The notes: a model not told the origin generated them from the letters alone. 11,606 nucleotides of DNA from Candidatus Hermodarchaeota archaeon (GCA_048885535.1 JBHLLO010000078.1:1-11606); one strand, 5' to 3'. Positions 1-6,988 are shown, counted from the stretch's first letter. Numbers and translations: made by a program.

Positions 1-118
1 AAGGTAGAATCAACTTAGAAAGCTTTATTAATAATCAGATAAAAATTAGATTTATTAGAATTTTAATCCAATTTTAGATAAAAAATAATAAATAAAATAA
101 AGTAAAGAGGTTAAAAAG

Positions 119-652
119 ATGGGAAAAAGAGGTACCTTTGGTAAAGCTCTATCAATAATTGGTGCTATTGTAGGGTTGGCAAGTATTTTACTTAGTTTTA
201 TTGCTCCTGAATTGTTTGCTTGGTATAGGTATTATGTGTCTGGATTTGGATCATCAGGTGGTTATTATCTTACGGGATTTGGAACTGTGGTTTCCATACC
301 TCCTTCTTCATTTATAACACAGTTAGCTATTTTAGAGACAATTGGAGGATCGTTGGTAATTCTTGGATCTATTTTATGTATAGTTGCTACTGTTAAGAAA
401 TCGAAAGGTATGGGGGCTCTTGGTGGATTATTAATGTTGTTAGCTCCAGTTCTACTCGTAATTGATTTTCTAGTAGGTATGAGTGAATTTGCTGGAGTAA
501 TTGCAGATAATACTGAGCTTTTCATCACAAGAAATTGGTTCTGGGAAGATTTCTTTGCCTTGCTTTATCATTATATCTGGGGTGTGTGGACTGGCTTTTT
601 CATGGGTATAGCAGGTGGAGCTTTAGGGTTAATCGGTGGAATTGCTCTTTAG
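119..652 (+). CDS. Hypothetical 4-TM integral membrane protein (tetraspan, claudin-like topology)
   Basis: 177-aa ORF with AGAGG 8 nt upstream of the ATG. Four Gly-rich hydrophobic segments: ALSIIGAIVGLASILLSFI; ILETIGGSLVILGSILCIVATV; MGALGGLLMLLAPVLLVIDF; VWTGFFMGIAGGALGLIGGIAL. A short basic KKSK loop lies between TM2 and TM3. Confidence 0.8.
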   Translation: MGKRGTFGKALSIIGAIVGLASILLSFIAPELFAWYRYYVSGFGSSGGYYLTGFGTVVSIPPSSFITQLAILETIGGSLVILGSILCIVATVKKSKGMGALGGLLMLLAPVLLVIDFLVGMSEFAGVIADNTELFITRNWFWEDFFALLYHYIWGVWTGFFMGIAGGALGLIGGIAL

Positions 653-710
653 TATAGTAGAATAGATAGAAAATATTTACAAACAGTAGGTTCTATTAAG
701 TTGTCCCAGC

Positions 711-1346
711 TTATTTCATGTAGCAATTTAATGAAGAAAGTGCTTCTTTTGTTAATTTCTTAATTCCCTCAAAGTTACCCTTAGAAATCAAATCTTGCTT
801 TACGATCCAGCTTCCACCACATGCTATAACGTTTGGTAGTTCTAAATATTCTTTCAAAGTCTCATTATTTATCCCTCCTGTAGGAATAAATCTCATATCA
901 GGGTATGGTCCTGCCATACTTCTGAGCATGTTCGGACCACCCGAAAGATTTGCGGGAAAGAATTTTACAATTGTTAGACCTCTATCAAATGCCCATTCTA
1001 CCATTGTTGGGGTATTTACTCCGGGAATAATAGGGATTTTTTCTCCTACACAATAATCTACCACTTTAGGATTGAATCCCGGAGTTACTAGAAAACAAGC
1101 GCCAGCATTTATGGCTTTATTCACTTGTTCAATTTTCAAGATGGTACCTGCTCCAACAAGAAGATTAGGATAAGCATTAGTGAGAATGCTAATGGATTCA
1201 GCTGCGACTTCCGTTCTAAACGTAACTTCTATAATTGGAAGTCCCGCTTCAATTAAAGCTTTTCCTAATGGAATTGCATCATTTACATTATGAATAACGG
1301 CAACAGGTATGATTTTTAACTCTTGTATTTTTTCAAATATATTCAT
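711..1346 (-). CDS. eda: Bifunctional 2-dehydro-3-deoxy-phosphogluconate aldolase / 4-hydroxy-2-oxoglutarate aldolase (KDPG/KHG aldolase)
   Basis: 211 aa with the Eda motifs in order: IIPV, IEVTFRT (catalytic Glu, Arg), VGAGT, FLVTPG, PGVNTPT, VKFFPA (Schiff-base Lys), FIPTGGI, ACGGSW. Confidence 0.95.
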   Translation of the reverse strand: MNIFEKIQELKIIPVAVIHNVNDAIPLGKALIEAGLPIIEVTFRTEVAAESISILTNAYPNLLVGAGTILKIEQVNKAINAGACFLVTPGFNPKVVDYCVGEKIPIIPGVNTPTMVEWAFDRGLTIVKFFPANLSGGPNMLRSMAGPYPDMRFIPTGGINNETLKEYLELPNVIACGGSWIVKQDLISKGNFEGIKKLTKEALSSLNCYMK

Positions 1347-1412
1347 TTTAAAGCAGATTATTTCAATTAAACTGATAATAGGAATTATTTTTTGTTATTT
1401 AAAATATCACTT

Positions 1413-2285
1413 TTACTTTTTAATTCCCAATAGGAATCTAAAATAAGTTTTGATCTTCTTTGGTCTAACAAAAATAGCAGGAACTTTTCTTTTATACTCA
1501 AGATAAGAATCTCCAAACCTCTGAATAAGCTCTCGTTCCTCGACAAAATACAAAAGCATGAAGATAGCAATCTGGAATACACATGTGGAGATTAAAGAAT
1601 AGATTGAAAAGCGAATTAAGAAACTTCCTATATTAATCATAAAAACTGCTAAATAAGCAGGATGTCTCAGGATAGAATATATCTCGTGTTTTTGGATTTC
1701 AGATTCTTCAGGATAATAAAGATAAACTAATGCCATGTAATCAATTCCAAAAGTAAAGAAAGACCGAACTGCGGTTAGCATTCCAAGGATTAAAAATAAC
1801 GCACTCCCTATTAATCGAATTAATAGGTCATAATATGATACTATGGGGATGAGAGAGATTAAAGAATCTGAGAAAAAAATTGTAAGAGGATTCGTAGGAG
1901 GGATTAAATAAAGGGTGTTAATGGGTAGATACGAATATATTATAACTGAAATAGCTAATGGAAGCCCAAGCAGAAGATAATAAACTGCTTTTTGATATGC
2001 TAAATTCTTATATTTGTATTTCAATTTCTCTTTTTTGAACCACACAGCAATGATGTTCAAAAATCCTATAATTACACAGAAACAAATCCCAAATATCGGT
2101 ATTATAGGTTCTAAAGCTACAAGATAATAATTAGTAGGATATAAACTGGGTAAGAGAAAGGATATGGAAATAATTGTTAAACCGAGAAATAGTGCTCCTA
2201 AAACTGGTAAAAGAAGCCGATATAGTCTTTTTCCTTGTAATCCAGGCAACTTTTCTCGGAATTTTTTAATCCCTTTTAATTTCAT
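1413..2285 (-). CDS. Isoprenylcysteine carboxyl methyltransferase / PEMT family membrane methyltransferase
   Basis: 290-aa polytopic membrane protein with the C-terminal family motifs IYSILRHPAY (YxxxRHPxY) and EERELIQRFGDSYLEYKRKVPAIF (EExxLxxxFGxxYxxYxxxVP). Confidence 0.88.
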   Translation of the reverse strand: MKLKGIKKFREKLPGLQGKRLYRLLLPVLGALFLGLTIISISFLLPSLYPTNYYLVALEPIIPIFGICFCVIIGFLNIIAVWFKKEKLKYKYKNLAYQKAVYYLLLGLPLAISVIIYSYLPINTLYLIPPTNPLTIFFSDSLISLIPIVSYYDLLIRLIGSALFLILGMLTAVRSFFTFGIDYMALVYLYYPEESEIQKHEIYSILRHPAYLAVFMINIGSFLIRFSIYSLISTCVFQIAIFMLLYFVEERELIQRFGDSYLEYKRKVPAIFVRPKKIKTYFRFLLGIKK

Positions 2286-2299
2286 ATTAGTATTAGTGT

Positions 2300-2342
2300 T
2301 TTTTCGAATAGTAATTTTTCGAATAATAATTGTCGATTATAA
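2300..2342. promoter_or_regulatory. Three tandem imperfect TCGA-centred repeats; candidate transcription-factor operator in a divergent promoter
   Basis: TTTTTCGAATAGTAA (2300-2314), TTTTTCGAATAATAA (2315-2329), TTGTCGATTATAA (2330-2342). They start 15 nt upstream of the methyltransferase ATG. Confidence 0.5.
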
Positions 2343-2448
2343 GATGAATAGAAGAATCATATTTTTATTTAATTTTTTGTCAATTGGGAAATATTATACC
2401 TCATTTCTTTTTATTGCAAGTGGATTTTTTTTATCCACACATTTTTAA

Positions 2449-4530
2449 ATGGTTAGAAAAATGCGCAAATCTTCTAAAATTTTAACATTATTTACTTTTT
2501 TAATTCTTCCAATATCAGTGGGCATGCTATTTGGATTTAACTTAGCCTTTAATACGGAATCTATAGATCTTATTCCTATTGATATTGGTCCCGAATTAAG
2601 AACAAAAGAACTACCCATAAGAGGGTCATTTTCTCATAAAGAAACAACATCTGGATTAAAAACAGCTCAAACTGACTATTATCAAATTGGAGATCTATTA
2701 GATTGGTTGGTACTTGATGATTATAATGGCGAAACTTTTTTTGATACCTTTGAATTAAGAGCAATCGGAACGGTAGCAGAACTTTGGGTTCAAGTTGATA
2801 TGGCTTATCCAGATGGTCGAGAAATTCCTATAGTAACTGATGAGCAAGCAGATTATATGTTGCAGGAATTCGAGAATGAGATAGGTCCAATTTGTAATAA
2901 TTATTTTGGAGTCCCTGATTTTCATAATGGGAGTGATTCTCAGTTAGTAAAGGATGGAAAGGTTCCAGAAGGTACCTATGAAGACGAGAGTGGAAGGACC
3001 GTTATCTTAGTATCGAATATTAGAGATACAGCATATTATGTTAGAAGTTATCCTTACTATATTGTAGGGTTCTACTGGTCTTATTTTGAAAGGCAATTTG
3101 ACAGGAATATCATTTCAATTGATAGTGCTGATTGGGAAAACCGTGTTGGTGATAATGCTGCTAGACCAAATTTATACGAGGCTACTGTAGCTCATGAATA
3201 CCAGCATCTCATTCACGATGATTATAATCCATTAGATGATAGTTTCATGAATGAAGGATGCTCAATGTATGCAGAACCTTTATGTGGATACCCTATTGAT
3301 TGGGGATCGATTAATAGTTTTCTTGCTACTCCAGATAACTCACTAACAGTATGGGGAGATCAAGGAGATATTAATATATTAGCAGATTATGGGCAAGGGC
3401 TACTATGGTCAGTTTATTTAAGTGATCACTATGGTGGTGCTGACTTTATCAGTTATTTCGTCCAAACGGGAATTCCAGGAATAGAAGGTATTAACAATGC
3501 TCTTGCTTATTTTGGAGCCACCGTTGAATTCGAAGATGTTTTTCAAGATTGGATACTCGCAAATTTACTGCATACAAGTGAAATTGGAAATGGAAAATAC
3601 AACTATGTCTCTATTGATTTAGAATGTGCTGATGCAGACCCTATTAGAGTGTATGATGTTAAGAGACCTTGGCTTCCTCCAACTACTGGAACTGATTTTG
3701 GTCAAACAAAAACTATTTTGCATAAGAATACAGGAGTTTATTTAGTAAGCTCCTATGGTACAGATTATTTCATGTTAAGTGGATTGAGTGAGTCAATGAG
3801 TCAAGAATTTATTTTCGATGGTGATGATGTAGCACATCCTCCTATATGGATAAGAATGGATGAAGATGCGGATGGAGATCTAGAATGGTACTCAACAAGT
3901 GCTGGACCAGAAAAGGATCTTTCAATGACAACTGTCATTGATGTACCTACTGGCACTGCCACTTTATCCTTTGATACATATTACGATATTGAATCACTTT
4001 GGGATTATGGGTTTGTTCAAATATCTGATGACAATGGTGAAACCTGGGTCTCATTAGAAAATGAGTATACAACAATGGATCATGATCCTGATGCTTATCC
4101 TGCAATTGTAGAAAATCTACCTGGTTTAACTGGTTCCTTTGGATGGGACACTATGAGTTTTGACCTTACCGCTTTTGCTGGGCAAACCGTTCTTTTAAGT
4201 TTTAGATATATGACCGACTGGGGAACTGAAAATCCAGGCTGGTGGGTAGATAATATCAAAATCAACGACCAATTAATTGATAACGCTGACGATACAATTG
4301 CTTTTAGCACTCCTCCTCTTCCTGAAACGGATTTTATAGTATCTATTGTTGATGTTACAATTATAAATGAAATTCCACACTATAATGAAGTATTTGAGTT
4401 ATCACTTGATCATATTAATGAATATGGTTCCTTAGATTTAAGTGGTTATATACATGAAGAGGGATATCTAATTGTACTAGTTACTCCTACCGTAGGTCCT
4501 GCAGATTATACATATGAAATAACGAGATAA
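2449..4530 (+). CDS. Secreted/membrane-anchored zinc metalloprotease (HEXXH...NEG catalytic domain, M30/M6-like) with C-terminal immune inhibitor A-like beta-sandwich domain
   Basis: N-terminal basic + hydrophobic signal/anchor. The zinc motif TVAHEYQHLIH is followed by FMNEGCS. C-terminal motifs LSFDTYYDIESLWDYGFVQIS, GETWVSL, FDLTAFAGQTVLLSFRYMTDWG and GWWVDNI are typical of InhA-type domains. The true start may be the ATG at 2461. Confidence 0.85.
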   Translation: MVRKMRKSSKILTLFTFLILPISVGMLFGFNLAFNTESIDLIPIDIGPELRTKELPIRGSFSHKETTSGLKTAQTDYYQIGDLLDWLVLDDYNGETFFDTFELRAIGTVAELWVQVDMAYPDGREIPIVTDEQADYMLQEFENEIGPICNNYFGVPDFHNGSDSQLVKDGKVPEGTYEDESGRTVILVSNIRDTAYYVRSYPYYIVGFYWSYFERQFDRNIISIDSADWENRVGDNAARPNLYEATVAHEYQHLIHDDYNPLDDSFMNEGCSMYAEPLCGYPIDWGSINSFLATPDNSLTVWGDQGDINILADYGQGLLWSVYLSDHYGGADFISYFVQTGIPGIEGINNALAYFGATVEFEDVFQDWILANLLHTSEIGNGKYNYVSIDLECADADPIRVYDVKRPWLPPTTGTDFGQTKTILHKNTGVYLVSSYGTDYFMLSGLSESMSQEFIFDGDDVAHPPIWIRMDEDADGDLEWYSTSAGPEKDLSMTTVIDVPTGTATLSFDTYYDIESLWDYGFVQISDDNGETWVSLENEYTTMDHDPDAYPAIVENLPGLTGSFGWDTMSFDLTAFAGQTVLLSFRYMTDWGTENPGWWVDNIKINDQLIDNADDTIAFSTPPLPETDFIVSIVDVTIINEIPHYNEVFELSLDHINEYGSLDLSGYIHEEGYLIVLVTPTVGPADYTYEITR

Positions 4531-4544
4531 AAAATATTAACTCA

Positions 4545-4561
4545 TTTCTTTTTTTTTTCTT
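4545..4561 (+). terminator. Archaeal-type oligo(T) terminator of the protease gene
   Basis: TTTC-T10-CTT beginning 15 nt after the stop at 4530; no hairpin evident. Confidence 0.6.
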
Positions 4562-4683
4562 GTCTAATATTCTCCCGCAATAATTAATATAAATATGTTA
4601 ACTACTGGTCTAACACAAGTTTAAAAATTAAATGAATAAATAAAACTACAATAGATTGAAAACTAGAAATAATTCAAAAGGTT

Positions 4684-4842
4684 ATGAAGAAAATAGACCT
4701 GATAATAATCGGTTATGTTGCCATAGTTATTTTAGATTTTATTTTCCTTATGATAGTACAGAGATTTGATATATTATTAATTTCAGGATCTCTAGCTCTA
4801 ATCCCTTTAATTATAGTACTAATTCGAAGGAAGAGGGATTGA
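4684..4842 (+). CDS. Small 52-aa two-TM membrane protein (not in the ORF track)
   Basis: Manual translation: MKKIDLIIIGYVAIVILDFIFLMIVQRFDILLISGSLALIPLIIVLIRRKRD*. Two hydrophobic helices with basic N- and C-termini. AAGGT lies just upstream, and the TGA is 1 nt before the next ATG (TGA-T-ATG). Confidence 0.75.
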   Translation: MKKIDLIIIGYVAIVILDFIFLMIVQRFDILLISGSLALIPLIIVLIRRKRD

Positions 4843-4843
4843 T

Positions 4844-5398
4844 ATGGTTGGTATTTCTTATTTTTATATTAATCTTATAATTAATCTTTATATCTTAATA
4901 GCCGTGTATTATTATTGTATTAAAATATATGGAATAAAAGCAACAATAATTACTAATTTGTCTCTTTCATCTTTAGTGTTGATACTTATTTTCACAAGTA
5001 CTTACGGTATAGCGGATTTGGGAACAGACTATCCTTTTTTTATACTAAAGGTGGGAGAATTCGAAATTAATACAGATGTAATTACTATCTTTACAGTGTT
5101 TGTCGTTGTTTTTGAACTCGCACGATATTCTTTAAAAAAATCAAAAGGAACTGATTTATCTATTAAAGATATAATAGTTGTTTCTATTGTAGTAAGTTTA
5201 TATGGAATTCTTTTTCAGCTCCTTATGGATCCAACTGCAGCAGCTATAGGACTTTATTATTATCAAAACCCTCCTGAGATTAACATTTTTGGATATCCAA
5301 TATGGTTTATCACATCTTTTGCAATATATGGATTGTATGCTTTCATCTTTTTATTAATTGAACGTTTTTACTTCCTTAAAAGTAGCAAACACCTTTAG
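4844..5398 (+). CDS. Membrane protein, divergent carotenoid biosynthesis (CruF/DUF422)-like family
   Basis: 184 aa, about 5 TM segments. C-terminal LLMDPTAAAIGLYYY...NIFGYPIWF resembles the DP-x5-G-x-W-x-W...FG-x-P motif of DUF422/CruF proteins, but the Asn/GW signature is missing. Confidence 0.5.
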   Translation: MVGISYFYINLIINLYILIAVYYYCIKIYGIKATIITNLSLSSLVLILIFTSTYGIADLGTDYPFFILKVGEFEINTDVITIFTVFVVVFELARYSLKKSKGTDLSIKDIIVVSIVVSLYGILFQLLMDPTAAAIGLYYYQNPPEINIFGYPIWFITSFAIYGLYAFIFLLIERFYFLKSSKHL

Positions 5399-5440
5399 AA
5401 GAGAAAGACCAAGCAAATTTCCCCTTACAGAAAAAGTAAT

Positions 5441-5638
5441 TTATAAAAAATCCTCTATTAAAACTTGTCTTTGTTTCAATCTCTTAATAGTGAATTTAAT
5501 ATTTTTAATCTTCTCCTCAGCATAGTTCATTGCTATTTTTTTCGCTTCCTCTTCATTTTTAGCGCTAACTTTCAACTTTCGATAGGGAAAAATATGGAAT
5601 CTTATCTCTGCTTCATATTCTGGCAATAAGCTCACCAT
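5441..5638 (-). CDS. Small hypothetical protein (65 aa), DpnD/PcfM-like beta-beta-alpha pattern
   Basis: Fills its own gap with no overlap. EYEAEIRF...LKVSAKNEEEAKKIA matches the V-x-A-x-x-x-E-E-A strand-to-helix motif of small DpnD/PcfM-like proteins. TTAAATA lies about 40 nt upstream on the minus strand. Confidence 0.6.
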   Translation of the reverse strand: MVSLLPEYEAEIRFHIFPYRKLKVSAKNEEEAKKIAMNYAEEKIKNIKFTIKRLKQRQVLIEDFL

Positions 5639-5795
5639 AATTATTATAGTACTATTGAATAAATAATCTAAAAGTATTTAATCATTTTGTCCTTAATTTA
5701 AAATTTTAGACGAATCTAAATTATTTAAATAGTAGAGTATCCTCCTTTTTTTTTATAACTCATTTGTAGTTTTAAAAAAGTTAAAGTGATATATT

Positions 5796-6302
5796 ATGGG
5801 GTCTTCAAAAGGTTTGTTAATATTAACTTTACTAATTGGAATAAGTGGACTAGGTCTCAGTGGATACACTCTACTTTTTGCGTTACCCGCAAATACACAG
5901 CAAGCGCAATCAGGTGTAAGAAATGTTTGGTATACTTCTAATCCCAATTCAGTTAACGTAAATAGCATTGATACAATTATTCCGGATCTTAGTATCATTG
6001 CAACCATTAATTCTGGCGAATCATTATATGTTTTATTCAATTCAGAAGTTTATTTTGAATCTCAGAGTGGAATAGAAATTCTTTTTGTATATATAAGTTT
6101 AAATGGTCGCAAGATTTTAACACCAGTTGCGACATTTGGAGCACAATATGGCCTTAAAGTTTGGGGATCAATAACATTACAATATTCTAATCGTACAATA
6201 TCTCCTGGAGTCTACAATGTTAGTATGATTGCTGTAGTGTCAGTTGCTACCCCTCTAAAGTCCTTATATGATATGACACTATTTGCGTTTACATATCTTT
6301 AA
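5796..6302 (+). CDS. N-terminally anchored extracellular beta-rich hypothetical protein
   Basis: 168 aa. N-terminal TM with IGISGLGLSG, a short polar linker, then alternating-hydrophobic beta strands (GESLYVLFNS, VYISLNG, ITLQY, PGVYNVSM). GTGAT SD-like element upstream and T9 tract downstream. Confidence 0.8.
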   Translation: MGSSKGLLILTLLIGISGLGLSGYTLLFALPANTQQAQSGVRNVWYTSNPNSVNVNSIDTIIPDLSIIATINSGESLYVLFNSEVYFESQSGIEILFVYISLNGRKILTPVATFGAQYGLKVWGSITLQYSNRTISPGVYNVSMIAVVSVATPLKSLYDMTLFAFTYL

Positions 6303-6310
6303 TTAATCTC

Positions 6311-6319
6311 TTTTTTTTT
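6311..6319 (+). terminator. Oligo(T) terminator of 5796..6302
   Basis: T9 run beginning 9 nt after the stop codon. Confidence 0.55.
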
Positions 6320-6321
6320 AA

Positions 6322-6462
6322 CTAAAGAGGAAAAAAGTACATATTATAGAGGTTATCACTCCCTCTAACGGCACAATTCCCGGATATAGTTTCTCATTCT
6401 ATTTTGGAATAATAATTTTATCCATCATAGCTTTAAGAAAAAAAAAGTTAGATCTAAAATAA
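6322..6462 (+). pseudogene. Start-less 3' gene remnant encoding an IPGY-type (Loki-CTERM/PGF-CTERM-like) sorting signal
   Basis: Open frame between TAA 6319 and TAA 6460 reads LKRKKVHIIEVITPSNGTIPGYSFSFYFGIIILSIIALRKKKLDLK*. This is motif + TM helix + basic tail, with no ATG/GTG/TTG in frame. Confidence 0.7.
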
Positions 6463-6479
6463 GTATAGTGTTTTGGTGT

Positions 6480-6830
6480 TTATCTCATATTGTTTATAAT
6501 GGCATTAGCTGTGTCATGAATATTTTTCATTAAGTTGGATATTGTTTGCATCATTACTGCCATTTTATTCTGTGCTTGCTGTAGTAACTGCGCTTGCATT
6601 TTTGAAATTGCTTCATTAACTTCTTCAATTTTCTCTTCTGTGGCACTTTCCAGTTGATTTGCAAGACTAATTAATTTATTACTTGAATCTATTAACCAAT
6701 CAATATATTGGGAAATTTGATCGCTTTCAGCAGGACTAAGATTCTTTCGCATCTTTTTTTTAGCTAAAGACCTTAATTTCTTAGCTGCTTTACGCAGTTT
6801 TGAAATCTGTTTTTTTCGATCATTAGTCAT
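6480..6830 (-). CDS. Alpha-helical hypothetical protein with T3SS needle-subunit (SctF: PrgI/YscF)-like C-terminal helix
   Basis: 116 aa with a GTGAT SD-like element upstream. Very basic N-terminal helix, then amphipathic helices. C-terminus is LQQAQNKMAVMMQTISNLMKNIHDTANAIINNMR. No signal peptide or TM. Confidence 0.75.
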   Translation of the reverse strand: MTNDRKKQISKLRKAAKKLRSLAKKKMRKNLSPAESDQISQYIDWLIDSSNKLISLANQLESATEEKIEEVNEAISKMQAQLLQQAQNKMAVMMQTISNLMKNIHDTANAIINNMR

Positions 6831-6988
6831 TAATATATCACATTTAATTTTTTCTTAACTATTATGATTTTTAGGGAATTCTGTAAGATAATTAATTCGA
6901 TTCTCTATTTATATTTAAATCTTCCTTTTTACCTTTTATTTTGTAAAATAATCTGAATATGGAATTAGACTCTTGTTCTCTTTTATCT

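Noticed and set aside
265-528. 87-aa minus-strand ORF
   Set aside because: Entirely antisense to the 4-TM gene; shadow ORF with no motifs.
1385-1582. 65-aa minus-strand ORF
   Set aside because: Alternative frame overlapping the conserved catalytic C-terminus of the methyltransferase.
2300-2342. Mini CRISPR array
   Set aside because: Units are only 13-15 nt, directly adjacent with no spacers, and no cas genes are present.
2164-2448. 94-aa plus-strand ORF abutting the protease start
   Set aside because: Antisense to the methyltransferase 5' end and runs through the AT-rich divergent promoter; its F/I-rich composition reflects T-rich DNA.
2576-2764. 62-aa minus-strand ORF
   Set aside because: Antisense within the protease gene.
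4095-4310. 71-aa minus-strand ORF
   Set aside because: Antisense within the protease gene.
5753-6040. 95-aa minus-strand ORF with a CACC cluster
   Set aside because: Antisense to 5796..6302; the cysteines are the reverse complement of that gene's QQAQ codons.
6290-6340. Programmed frameshift/readthrough joining 5796..6302 to the orphan IPGY anchor via the T9 or A6 runs
   Set aside because: Both runs lie after the TAA at 6300, and the anchor frame has stops at 6304 and 6319, so no single recoding event could fuse them.
5786-6842. Shared GTGATATATT immediately upstream of the starts at 5796 (+) and 6830 (-), forming apparent inverted ends of an element
   Set aside because: Adequately explained as the archaeal GTGAT Shine-Dalgarno plus an AT spacer; no transposase or target-site duplication seen.
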